Shown here piece by piece: positions 40,174-49,336 of a stretch of 64,000 nucleotides of DNA (its first letter is position 1; each line of letters opens with the position of its first letter). The stretch covers positions 78,328 through 142,327 of the forward strand of contig PWNV01000020.1 of the NCBI GenBank assembly GCA_003557645.1. Direction: 5' to 3'. A model generated the notes under the pieces. The model saw only the letters and a program-made list of their open reading frames with translations. It was not told the DNA's origin and ran no database searches. The DNA is from Candidatus Nealsonbacteria bacterium (GTDB taxonomy: Bacteria; Patescibacteriota; Minisyncoccia; Minisyncoccales; PWPS01). The position numbers were made by a program, and so were the translations under genes.

Positions 40174-41217
40174 TTAAGCCAAGAAATCCTCCTTTTTAAA
40201 AGGAAAAGAAGCAAAATCATCTACTTTTAATCCTTTAATATTTTTTAAAATTTCTTTAATACCTAGATCTTCTATAGCGCTATCTTCGGAGGCCAAAGCG
40301 ATAGCATTAACATCTTCTTCATTGATTAAAGCAAAAACAATAACCGGGTCACACTGTGAAAAAATTTCACTCTCCCCGATTCGTTTATATGCTTTTTCCA
40401 AGATCGAAAAATCAATATCCTTATCCGCCTCTGCATAAACGTTTTCAAACATAAAATTACTTGCACTACTAAATATTTCGGCCATCTCGCTTTTTTCAAA
40501 AGAAACTTTTCCTTTTTCCGCACTTTCTTTTATTACCGCTCGCAAAACATTAGCTATCCTTTTCCTTTGACTGCTTCCCATTTTTTCAAAGCAATCATTC
40601 TTTTTAGAAATATAGCCCATACGCATCGCATCATTGTAATCAGCAACAGTATAAGCAAGCTTATCTGCGATTTTTACAACGAGATACTCTTGAGGAAGCT
40701 TATAATCAAAGTTTTTCCAATCACCAGAATGATGATATATCCCCTCAAGGGTTTCATAGCTTAGATTTAATCCTCCACCAGATCTTTCAATAAATTCAGC
40801 GACAATAGTGCTAAAGGCATTGTGTCTAAATTTACCTGCTAATTTTTTAGAAAGAAATCGTTCCCCCAAATGACCAAAGGGAACATGTCCAATGTCATGC
40901 CCAGCTGCTATTGCCCTTGCAAGAGAAACATTTAATCCCAAAAATTTAGCCAAAAAAGATGCTATTGCAACAACTTCTATTGTGTGAGTCATTCTTGTCC
41001 TTGTATAAGGCGTGCCAGAACAGTAAAAAACTTGCACTTTTTTCTCCATTCTTCTTGTTGCTTTGCTGGGAATTATTTTTTGACTTTCATCAACTGCAAA
41101 TGAGCTAGCTAGCCCAAAATAAAAAAAATCGCTATCATCTTCTAAAAAGCTTCTTCTTCCAGCAGTATTCTCCGTAATGAACCTTTGCGCTTTTAAACAT
41201 CCTTGGTATTTTTCCAA
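40174..41217 (-). CDS. dgt: dGTP triphosphohydrolase-like HD protein
   Basis: K.QVF, RTRMTHTIEV, HDIGHVPFGH.GE, GLNL, AD.LAY..D..DA. Confidence 0.85.
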   Translation of the reverse strand: MEKYQGCLKAQRFITENTAGRRSFLEDDSDFFYFGLASSFAVDESQKIIPSKATRRMEKKVQVFYCSGTPYTRTRMTHTIEVVAIASFLAKFLGLNVSLARAIAAGHDIGHVPFGHLGERFLSKKLAGKFRHNAFSTIVAEFIERSGGGLNLSYETLEGIYHHSGDWKNFDYKLPQEYLVVKIADKLAYTVADYNDAMRMGYISKKNDCFEKMGSSQRKRIANVLRAVIKESAEKGKVSFEKSEMAEIFSSASNFMFENVYAEADKDIDFSILEKAYKRIGESEIFSQCDPVIVFALINEEDVNAIALASEDSAIEDLGIKEILKNIKGLKVDDFASFPFKKEDFLA

Positions 41218-41339
41218 AACTCTTCCCTCCTTTAATTTTTAAATGTGCAGTGCCATCGCTTATATTATGAAACAAAAATCTTTTAAAGTAAATAACTTTT
41301 AAAAAAGGTAAAGAGGTATCTTTTGATGACACCTCCTTT

Positions 41340-41579
41340 TTATTGCCCCTCTCTGGATAAATGAACATATTCTGCCGGAGAAATATCGTCAGGAATCCTG
41401 ATATCAATAAAACTTATATCAAATTCATCTTTTTCTGTTCTTGCATAGTTTATATCATTTGTTTCATTAAGATGATAGCCAGATTTTTCCCGCTCTTTAA
41501 TATCTACTTCTTTTTCTTGATAACTGTTAGGCACTGTAATAAGTAAAAAAAAGACTAAAAAAAAGAACAATTTCTCCAT
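41340..41579 (-). CDS. small exported hypothetical protein
   Basis: GGGAGGGTG SD; signal-like N-terminus. Confidence 0.55.
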   Translation of the reverse strand: MEKLFFFLVFFLLITVPNSYQEKEVDIKEREKSGYHLNETNDINYARTEKDEFDISFIDIRIPDDISPAEYVHLSREGQ

Positions 41580-41823
41580 TTTTCACCCTCCCTTTTTTGT
41601 ATTTTATCTTATAATACCACAGAACAAAATTATAAAAAACATCTTTTCGAATTTCTAGGTCTTAAAAATTTGAAGAAAAAAAGAAAAGAAAATTGGTTTT
41701 TTTATAAAAATACACGGACTTGCCCTAGTCTAAAATATTGATAGTCAAAGTAATTATTTTTCTTCATAAAAATAAGAGCACTTTTAAATAAAGTGCTCTC
41801 ATTACTAAAAAGAAGATTACCTT

Positions 41824-42156
41824 TTATTTTGAGAATCTTCCCTTTCTTGTCTGCATTTTCTCTAGCATCTCACTTTCTGTAATACATCCTCTTTCAACAG
41901 CTACCATTAATCTTTCCTCTCTTTGTTCTAGTCTACTTTGTCTGTGTTGTTCTCTAGTTTCATTTCTATAGACATGAAAGTCTTCTTTTGACATATCCAA
42001 TTCTTGAGCAGAGAAACTGTCTTCTCCTCTAAACCTTGTCATCGATTCCCAGGGCTTTGCATCTTCAGAGGCAAAAACTGACCCTGTTGAAAGAAAAGCA
42101 ACTCCTGCTAAAAGAATCATTCCAACAATTAATCTTTTTGTCATTAGAGTAATCAT
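41824..42156 (-). CDS. small exported helical protein
   Basis: signal peptide ending VFA; charged helical body. Confidence 0.75.
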   Translation of the reverse strand: MITLMTKRLIVGMILLAGVAFLSTGSVFASEDAKPWESMTRFRGEDSFSAQELDMSKEDFHVYRNETREQHRQSRLEQREERLMVAVERGCITESEMLEKMQTRKGRFSK

Positions 42157-42212
42157 TATTTTTTAATAAATTATTATCGACCTTTCTGTATATTAATACA
42201 AAAAAGTCATAT

Positions 42213-42953
42213 TTATCTTTCATTTAATCTTTTGCTATTGTATCTAAAACGCCTTTCAACAGTTTTGAAACTAACTACATCTATCTTTCCTTCATCCATC
42301 TCACCAATGACAAGAACTTTTTCCCCTTCTTCTGTCTGCAAATATAAACGTCTTCCTCTTGTTTCTTCGGTTATTTTCAAATCAACTTTTTCTCCGTCAT
42401 CAAGCTCCATTATCCAAAGATCATTCTGCTTTTCTAAGATTATTCCAAAATAAGCATTATCAATGTCAAGATTACCTAAATTTCTATACATTCTTCCAGC
42501 CACTGGCAATCTTTCCTCCTGTGCTAATTTAAAAAAAGAATAGTGCAAAGAGGATTTCTCTATCAAAAAGCTACTAACAATAACTATAACTAATATCGCA
42601 AACAAAGAAAAAATAAGTGGCTTCCGGTAAACAAATTGAAACTTCCTTCCAATTACACTAATCAACAAAGCCAAAATAAAAATCAAAAAAACAAGATACC
42701 AAGGAAACGACAAGAGAATATTTCTTATCGCATAAAATCCAATTCCATGAAAAAGTAAAATATCATTTATTCTTAAAACAAAAATAATCAGACTTCCGAA
42801 GTAAAAAAGAAGTAAAAAAAACAAAGACAATAAACCGATTATTAAAAACGACCTAGCAATAAAATAAGATCTAGATTTCATCTTCACCTCCCCTCTCTCA
42901 ATCTTAGAAACAATTTTTTCAGTTATTGAATTTTCACTGTTTTCTTTTTTCAT
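42213..42953 (-). CDS. putative anti-sigma membrane protein
   Basis: overlaps the ECF sigma gene; 3 TM plus C-terminal OB-like domain. Confidence 0.65.
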   Translation of the reverse strand: MKKENSENSITEKIVSKIERGEVKMKSRSYFIARSFLIIGLLSLFFLLLFYFGSLIIFVLRINDILLFHGIGFYAIRNILLSFPWYLVFLIFILALLISVIGRKFQFVYRKPLIFSLFAILVIVIVSSFLIEKSSLHYSFFKLAQEERLPVAGRMYRNLGNLDIDNAYFGIILEKQNDLWIMELDDGEKVDLKITEETRGRRLYLQTEEGEKVLVIGEMDEGKIDVVSFKTVERRFRYNSKRLNER

Positions 42954-43497
42954 GTAATAGTTTTTTAATTTCACTGCGCCCTCTTTTTAGTCTTGTGCCA
43001 ACGGTAGAAATCGGAATCTTTAAAATATCAGAAATTTCTTGGTAATCTTTTTCTTCAAAATAGTAAAGCACTATTGGTTCTCGATACTTTTCTTTTAGTT
43101 TATGTAAATATTTTTCTATCTCTTCTTTCATTTCTTTCATTTCAATATCTTTTAAAAAATTTTCTTTTCCAGCAAAAGAAAAAATAACATCTGTCTCAAG
43201 GAAAAGAAAAGGTTCTTTTTTTTCTTTCTTAATAAGATTTATAAATTCATTATGAGCAATCCTGTAAATCCAAGGTGAAAATTTTCTTGAAGGATCAAAG
43301 CTTTTGATATTGACATACGCTTTAGTGAGAACATTTTGCACTACATCTTCAATGTTTTCATAATTGTACAAAAATCTTTTTCCATATCTTAGCAGTTTCT
43401 TCTCGTAACGTTTAGCAAGAATATCAAAAGCTCCTGTTTTATTTTTCAAAACCAACCGAACTAATTCTTCATCAGTTTTATCATCTATTTGCTTCAT
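42934..43497 (-). CDS. ECF RNA polymerase sigma factor
   Basis: EDVVQ, FSPWIYRIAHN, YQEISDIL.IP.STV.TRL.RGR. Confidence 0.93.
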   Translation of the reverse strand: MKQIDDKTDEELVRLVLKNKTGAFDILAKRYEKKLLRYGKRFLYNYENIEDVVQNVLTKAYVNIKSFDPSRKFSPWIYRIAHNEFINLIKKEKKEPFLFLETDVIFSFAGKENFLKDIEMKEMKEEIEKYLHKLKEKYREPIVLYYFEEKDYQEISDILKIPISTVGTRLKRGRSEIKKLLHEKRKQ

Positions 43498-43599
43498 CTA
43501 GATTATTTTTAGCTATATTATAGTTATACACCATTTAATAATATTTATTTCACTTTTAAAAGAAATAATAAAAAAAAATCCTTTTAGAAAAAAGGAATT

Positions 43600-43785
43600 T
43601 TAAAGATCGAAAAAAATGACAATAAAAGAACCATTGTCGCTCTCTTTATCAAAATATTTAATCATAATATTTTCATCTTCAGGCTCTATCGTTGCTACAA
43701 CCTCTCCTCCTTTAATTACATCAACAAATGTTTTCTTCTTTCTTACCAATCCCACTTTCGGCGTTCTTAATTTAAAAGAAATCAC
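43600..43785 (-). CDS. small hypothetical protein
   Basis: GTG start after AAGGAGG; hairpin downstream. Confidence 0.5.
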   Translation of the reverse strand: MISFKLRTPKVGLVRKKKTFVDVIKGGEVVATIEPEDENIMIKYFDKESDNGSFIVIFFDL

Positions 43786-44084
43786 GAAAAACCCTCCTTC
43801 TATTTATTATTTTTAAATTAACTATTTGATAATGAGCTTTAAGATAATAATATTTATCATTATTATAATTTCTTTATATCAGATATATAACTATTTTACA
43901 ACTCATAATATAAATTTTTATTAATTGTTTTTTCAAAAAAATACTACAATTCCCATATCTGAAAGAAGCCTATTTTATTCTTTTCTAGAAAGAATATTTA
44001 ACACAATACCCGATGCAAGAATTACACCGGGTTTTCAAATAATTTATATGTAAATTTATTATTTTGTTCTTGTATTTTTTATTT

Positions 44085-44690
44085 TTACATATAACCACAT
44101 ATTGGCTGATCAATTTCTAGTTCTTCTACTTTTCTAGAAATAACCTCTTCAATCGTTTCTGTAACCTTTCTAAATATCTCTAAATGAGGATCTTCTTGAT
44201 AGTAGTAATGACTTAAATATGATATTTTTTTTATTTTCTCTCCTCCAGAATAAATTTCCAACACTCTGCTAGTTGGCGGTATAACGGTAACACAATTTTC
44301 TCCTGCTTCATCACAGTTATCTGTAAATTCATCTTTTATTTTCATTAAATCGTTATCTTTAATAAAAATACATATTTCTTTTTTCTTGCTATCACTAAGA
44401 ATAAACTCATATTCAACTGGTTCTTCTCCGCACATGTCTGGAGAATAAAAGTTTTCTTTTGTATTCAAGGTAGATTCACCAACTCCAAAGCTATAAATAA
44501 AATCAATTTTATTATCACATTCTATAGTATTGCCATTTGAAACATCATAATTATTGTTTTTTTCATAAACATCTTCATCAAAAATTTTTTCTGTTGTTTC
44601 TTGTTGCTTTAAAAAAACAAATAATCCCATTGCCACTGCAAAAATAAAAATTATTAAAATCCCTACTGTTGTTGATATTTGTTTTTTCAT
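44085..44690 (-). CDS. membrane-anchored exported protein
   Basis: MKKQIST..G..II N-terminal TM; paired Cys. Confidence 0.75.
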   Translation of the reverse strand: MKKQISTTVGILIIFIFAVAMGLFVFLKQQETTEKIFDEDVYEKNNNYDVSNGNTIECDNKIDFIYSFGVGESTLNTKENFYSPDMCGEEPVEYEFILSDSKKKEICIFIKDNDLMKIKDEFTDNCDEAGENCVTVIPPTSRVLEIYSGGEKIKKISYLSHYYYQEDPHLEIFRKVTETIEEVISRKVEELEIDQPICGYM

Positions 44691-44725
44691 ATACTTTATG
44701 TCTATTATTGCTGAATTATATCACA

Positions 44726-44795
44726 AAACAAAAACCCGAGGAATATCTCGAGATTGTTATTAGAAAAAAAATAGAAAGGGCTGCCCGGATGGGAC
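44726..44795 (+). repeat. direct repeat copy (att-like) of tRNA-Gln 3' end plus downstream flank
   Basis: aaacaaaaacccgag...ttgttattagaaaaaaaatagaaag.gctgcc.ggat.ggac matches 45927-45995. Confidence 0.85.
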
Positions 44796-45026
44796 AATTT
44801 CCGAACTTTTAAGTGGTTAAATAAGGTTGAAAATATAGATGATGTGTTAGAAGAATCAAAGGTTTTACTAGAAATATAGTTACCCCACACCCCCGCACAC
44901 TATTGTTCTATTAAAAAGCCAAATTCTCCGACTAAAAGGGACCTGCCCCCTGTTTCCTCTGTCTCACACGTAAAATTTTTTTGCCAAAGTTAGGCGATGG
45001 AAACGGAAAAATTTAAAGATTTAAGA

Positions 45027-45860
45027 TTATAAGTCCCGGAGACAACGAACCGAAAAGCCGAACTCCTGACCGCGGGTATCGCGATAGACGGTAGAGAAAC
45101 CGGAAAGATGGTACCGGTAGTAACTACTCCAGGGACGGGAATCAACTTCGGAGGAAGACCAAAAATTGGCGAACGAACCGAGATAGTAGAAATTGCCGTA
45201 AGTGTCCCGGAAGCCACCTGGGAGAGCAGAAAAGTCGTAGTTATCCGTTCCGGTGTTCATGTCCCACAAGGCAGTGTTTGCTTTTAGTATTGTTCCAGCA
45301 GGTGAGCAGCCCCAATTATTTCTTGTATCACTACAGTTATCAGTTGCAAGATAGTCTTCCAGTGTGTGCCACTCTTCATCTGTTGGCAGATGCCAACCTA
45401 TTGGACAGGAATTGTCTGCTGCTAGATGGTTGTAAAGAACACCGTAGGTTTGGTAGTTACTGGTTGCTTTAGCTGCTTCTACATCTGTGCCATCGTATCC
45501 GTAAACATAGTAATACTTGGTTGCTGTGTCTCCCGTAGCAGGTCCTACTACTTCTGGAAGGTAGGCTAGGTTTTCTGACATCCAACATTGATTACCTATC
45601 TTTGTCGTAGAATAAGTTTGGTTGTCTCTTTCATCTATAAAATCATCTCCACAAGACCACTCTTCGTCAACAACCGGCTCATCTATTTCCGGTTCTTCGG
45701 TTTCTACTGCATCCTCATCAATAACCGGCTCATCCACCTCCGGTTCTTCGTTTTCTACTACATCTTCTACCGGCTCCGGACTTTGGAGTGCCAAAGCAAC
45801 AAGACTTCCTAATACGACAACTCCCAAGAAAATTAAAAATATTTTTAAGTTTTTAGTCAT
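45027..45860 (-). CDS. FISUMP (Fib_succ_major, C-type lectin fold) surface protein; likely DGR target
   Basis: D.RD.Q.Y.T.KIGNQCWM.ENL, YGVLYN, CP.GWHLPT..EW, FSALPGG.R, FWSS, GFSVRCLRD; N-terminal TM and acidic linker. Confidence 0.92.
   Translation of the reverse strand: MTKNLKIFLIFLGVVVLGSLVALALQSPEPVEDVVENEEPEVDEPVIDEDAVETEEPEIDEPVVDEEWSCGDDFIDERDNQTYSTTKIGNQCWMSENLAYLPEVVGPATGDTATKYYYVYGYDGTDVEAAKATSNYQTYGVLYNHLAADNSCPIGWHLPTDEEWHTLEDYLATDNCSDTRNNWGCSPAGTILKANTALWDMNTGTDNYDFSALPGGFRDTYGNFYYLGSFANFWSSSEVDSRPWSSYYRYHLSGFSTVYRDTRGQEFGFSVRCLRDL
45663..45773 (-). repeat. intragenic tandem repeat (about 51 nt unit)
   Basis: VENEEPEVDEPVIDED / VETEEPEIDEPVVDEE. Confidence 0.75.
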
Positions 45861-45980
45861 AATAATTTGTTATTTTATTATATATCACCGCCTTGCTAAT
45901 ACCTTAGCATAAAGAGAATAAATGTTAAACAAAAACCCGAGAAGTCCTCGGGGTTGTTATTAGAAAAAAAATAGAAAGAG

Positions 45981-46051
45981 CTGCCGGGATAGGACTCGAA
46001 CCTATACTACGAGTGCCAGAAACTCGTGTCCTACCATTAGACGACCCGGCA
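45981..46051 (-). tRNA. tRNA-Gln(CTG)
   Basis: acceptor TGCCGGG/CCCGGCA, anticodon arm acgagt-ttCTGgc-actcgt, GTTCGAG T-loop. Confidence 0.93.
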
Positions 46052-46055
46052 AAAT

Positions 46056-46967
46056 TTATACTTTCAAATATTTCCCAGTGGCTATTAGGCTAGAAAATAC
46101 GCCTAAAACAATTCCCACAGTAAATTGAAGTAAGAGAATCACAGATATGTTTTGCAAGAAGTATTGATGAAAATCAATCCCCATCGTAATGTTATGGGTC
46201 TGAGGAACTAGAAAAGCAAAAATCAAAAATAACGTGAAAGAAATAAAGCCTGCAAAAAATCCCATTAAAATCCCTTGAATAATGAATGAACCTTGAATAA
46301 AGAGATTAGAAGAACCAACCAAACGCATCACTCGTATCTCTTCTCTTAACCCGTAAATAGCAAGTTTTGTTGTGTTATAAACAAGGACTATGGCGATAAA
46401 GCCCAAAATAGTGCTCACAATAATTCCTCCCCTTCTAACGCTTTCTGTTACAGAAAAAATTCCTTCAATAATGTCTTTCCTTTGATGAAAATCAACACTA
46501 TAAATTAAATCTGAATGAGATTCCTTTAAAAAATCTGCTACTTGAGCATAAACAACTGCATCATCTGCCTTAATGTTTAAAGAGGCTGGAAAAGGATTTC
46601 CTACTTCTTCCAGGGACTCCATTAGTGCAGGTCGATCTCCATACCTTTCAATAAACTCTACCCTTACATCTTCCTTGGAAAGATACTCTATTCCACTAAT
46701 CTCAAATTTTTCTTCAATATCATCTCTCACCCTAAAAATATCTTCTTCTACAACAGTAAGGTTAAAGTCTATGCTAATATCTGCTCTTCCCTCAACGTCA
46801 TCTATTATGATTCCAGCGATGTCCTGAAGAAAAAAAAGTGAGGTAGTTAGCGATATAGTAACTACCAAAACAAACACCGCAACAAAAGAAAGTCCTCCTT
46901 CTCGAGAAAAATTCTTCCATCCCAAGCTACAAACTCTTTTTAGTGAAGTAATTATTTTTTCTTTCAT
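46056..46967 (-). CDS. ftsX: cell division permease FtsX
   Basis: 4 TM; NPFPAS; EI.VMRLVGS; adjacent to ftsE. Confidence 0.92.
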   Translation of the reverse strand: MKEKIITSLKRVCSLGWKNFSREGGLSFVAVFVLVVTISLTTSLFFLQDIAGIIIDDVEGRADISIDFNLTVVEEDIFRVRDDIEEKFEISGIEYLSKEDVRVEFIERYGDRPALMESLEEVGNPFPASLNIKADDAVVYAQVADFLKESHSDLIYSVDFHQRKDIIEGIFSVTESVRRGGIIVSTILGFIAIVLVYNTTKLAIYGLREEIRVMRLVGSSNLFIQGSFIIQGILMGFFAGFISFTLFLIFAFLVPQTHNITMGIDFHQYFLQNISVILLLQFTVGIVLGVFSSLIATGKYLKV

Positions 46968-47659
46968 AATATAAATCTTCCTTCTTTAATATCATTTACA
47001 ATTTTACCATCTCTCAAGGAGATAACCCTTTTTCCAAGCGCATTTACACAATCCTTGTCATGCGTAGCAAGTAGTACTGTCGTTCCACACTCGTTAATAC
47101 GCAAAAGTAAGTTTAGTACGTCACGACTGTGATATGGATCCAAGTCTCCTGTAGGTTCATCCGCTAAAATGACATCAGGGTTGTGAATTAAGGCACGAGC
47201 GATAGCTGTTCTTTGCTGCTCTCCTCCTGAAAGTTGATGTGGAAACTGATGTGCTTGCAGTCCAAGGCCAACCATCTCCAGTATTTCCGGAACATCTCTT
47301 TTCACTTCTTTATCTAATGATCCCGTTACTTCCATAGCATAAGCAATATTTTCATAAACTGTTTTTGAGGAAAGTAATTTATAGTCCTGAAATATAGTCC
47401 CAACTCTTCTTCTTATTTTATAAAACTTGGAGGGAGAAACTTTATGCACGTTCTGCCCATCAAAAAAAATTTCTCCTTCTGTTGGTGCCTCTTCTCCAAG
47501 AAGCATACGAAACAGGGTTGTTTTTCCAGCCCCAGACCTTCCGACAACAGAGACAAACTCCCCTTTATCCACCTTAAAAGAAATATTCTCCAAGACAACA
47601 TTTTCTTTTCTGGTAAGGTGTGGAGGAAAAACCTTGGTAATGTTATTGAAAAAAATCAT
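46964..47659 (-). CDS. ftsE: cell division ATP-binding protein FtsE
   Basis: GRSGAGKTT, IFQDYKLL, LSGGEQQR, ADEPTG.LD. Confidence 0.95.
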   Translation of the reverse strand: MIFFNNITKVFPPHLTRKENVVLENISFKVDKGEFVSVVGRSGAGKTTLFRMLLGEEAPTEGEIFFDGQNVHKVSPSKFYKIRRRVGTIFQDYKLLSSKTVYENIAYAMEVTGSLDKEVKRDVPEILEMVGLGLQAHQFPHQLSGGEQQRTAIARALIHNPDVILADEPTGDLDPYHSRDVLNLLLRINECGTTVLLATHDKDCVNALGKRVISLRDGKIVNDIKEGRFIL

Positions 47660-47660
47660 T

Positions 47661-48759
47661 TTATTTCTTAATTCCTGACTCAATAAAAGAGTCAAGACTT
47701 CCATCTAATACTTCTTCAACGTTCGAAGTTTCAACCTTTGTTCGTAAATCTTTTGCTAGTTTATAAGGATGGAGAACATAGTTTCTTATCTGATTTCCCC
47801 AGCTTGCCGATGCTAACTCTCCCCTCTCTTTTTCCATCTTTCTCTTTTTTTCTTCTTCTTGTAGTTGCTCTATCTTGGACCTTAGAATGTTCATTGCTTC
47901 TTTCTTGTTTTCACCTTGCAACTTTCCACTTTGTGAGCTAGCTGTAAGTTTGGTAGGAAGATGAGTGATACGCACCGCTGTTTCTCTTCTGTTTACATGC
48001 TGCCCTCCTGGTCCAGAAGAACGAAAAGTATCGATACGTAGATCTTCCTCTTTGATCTCCACTTCTGAATCTTTTTCCTCTATTTTCGGAATCACACTAA
48101 CTTGCGCAAAAGAGGTGTGTCGGACACTAGCTGAAGAAAAAGGAGACTTGCGAACAAGTCGATGAACTCCACTTTCCTTCTTTAAAAATCCGAAAACATA
48201 AGAACCTTTTATCTCTAGGGAAACATCTTTTATCCCTGTTCTTCCTTCCGGGCCACCAGCCTCTCCAAAAGAAGTAGATATCACTTTTACCTTGTAATTC
48301 TTTCTTTCTGCATAACGCTCGTACATCCGAAGAAGCATTGCGGCAAAATCTTCTGCATCTCTCCCACCTGCTCCAGAAGATATTTCTATTATAGCATCAT
48401 TTCTATCAAATTTACCAGACAGGAAAATACGGAATTCTTCCTTTTTGATTTTTTCTTTAAGCTCTATCACTTCTTTCTGTAATTCCTTCATTATCTCCTC
48501 ATCCTCTTCTGTTTCTCTATGAATATCTTTTATATCCTCTACTTTTTTCTTTAGCTCTGTCATCTTCTCTATATCGTCCTCGAGCAAAGAAAGTTCTTTT
48601 TGTTTTTTAACCGCACCTTCAGGCTTATTCCAGAAATCAGGATGGGAAACTTCCTCTCTAAGCTTTTCTACTTTTTTTGTTTTACCTTTTACATCAAAGA
48701 CACTCCTCCATGTGGAGGATTTTATCTTCAATTTCTTTAATGTCTTTTTCTATTTCCAT
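47661..48759 (-). CDS. prfB: peptide chain release factor 2, programmed +1 frameshift
   Basis: SPF and GGQ motifs; ORF1 MEIEKDIKEIEDKILHMEECL* joins frame 2 (DVKGK) at GGAGGAG-TGT-CTT-TGA-T. Confidence 0.95.
48693..48709 (-). promoter_or_regulatory. prfB +1 frameshift site (internal SD plus CTT TGA)
   Basis: minus strand ggaggagtgtCTTTGAt. Confidence 0.9.
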
Positions 48760-48777
48760 AATTATAATAAATTAATG

Positions 48778-48849
48778 AGCCAGCGACCGGAATTGAACCG
48801 GTGACCTGCTCTTTACGAGAGAGCTGCTCTGCCTCTGAGCTACGCTGGC
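48778..48849 (-). tRNA. tRNA-Thr(CGT)
   Basis: acceptor GCCAGCG/CGCTGGC, anticodon arm gctct-ctCGTaa-agagc. Confidence 0.95.
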
Positions 48850-48864
48850 AAACTGAATTTTCTG

Positions 48865-48935
48865 AGCGAGTGAGGGGAATCGAACCCCCGTCTCAACCTT
48901 GGGAAGGTTGCATTCTGCCACTGAACCACACTCGC
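48865..48935 (-). tRNA. tRNA-Gly(CCC)
   Basis: acceptor GCGAGTG/CACTCGC, anticodon arm caacc-ttCCCaa-ggttg. Confidence 0.95.
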
Positions 48936-48943
48936 ATCGATTC

Positions 48944-49306
48944 TTACGGCAAAACATCAAGAAGCCTGTCCCAAAAGTCCTTTTCTTCTTCAATCTCTTC
49001 TTCCTCTTCTTCCTCTTCTTCTTCTCTGGAAATAACAACAACTTCTTCTCCCTCTCTTCTAAGTAAAAGTTGCTCTCTGGCTATTTGCTCAATTACTTCC
49101 ATCTTGTCGTAACTTCCTACTTCTGCCTTTAAATAGTCTTGCCTTAAGGTCTCTCTTTCAATCTTTTCTTCAAGAGATTCAATCTTTGCAATCTTTTCAA
49201 CTCTTTCCTGCCATATGTTAAAATTTATATAAGAAAGGAGCAAAACAGCAAAAACAACAAAAACAAGGACTACATCAATATTTCTTTTTTTCTTCTTCCT
49301 TGTCAT
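48944..49306 (-). CDS. septum formation initiator (FtsB/DivIC family)
   Basis: TM, coiled coil, IEQIAREQL.L.REGE. Confidence 0.85.
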   Translation of the reverse strand: MTRKKKKRNIDVVLVFVVFAVLLLSYINFNIWQERVEKIAKIESLEEKIERETLRQDYLKAEVGSYDKMEVIEQIAREQLLLRREGEEVVVISREEEEEEEEEEIEEEKDFWDRLLDVLP

Positions 49307-49336
49307 ACTGTATTATATCTTTCATGAAGGAAAATA

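Larger units (their letters stand above)
44726..45995. mobile_element. degenerate tRNA-Gln-integrated mini-island (~1.2 kb)
   Basis: flanked by ~70 bp imperfect direct repeats that include the tRNA 3' end; no integrase present. Confidence 0.6.

Noticed and set aside
43800..44080. AT-rich gap as a replication origin
   Set aside because: No DnaA-box cluster seen and no switch in gene strand bias.
44700..46050. Complete DGR cassette
   Set aside because: No reverse transcriptase, Avd or template repeat found in the window; only the target signature is reported.
48772..49112. ORFs 48772-49041 (-) and 48801-49112 (+)
   Set aside because: They overlap tRNA-Thr, tRNA-Gly and the DivIC-like gene; spurious.
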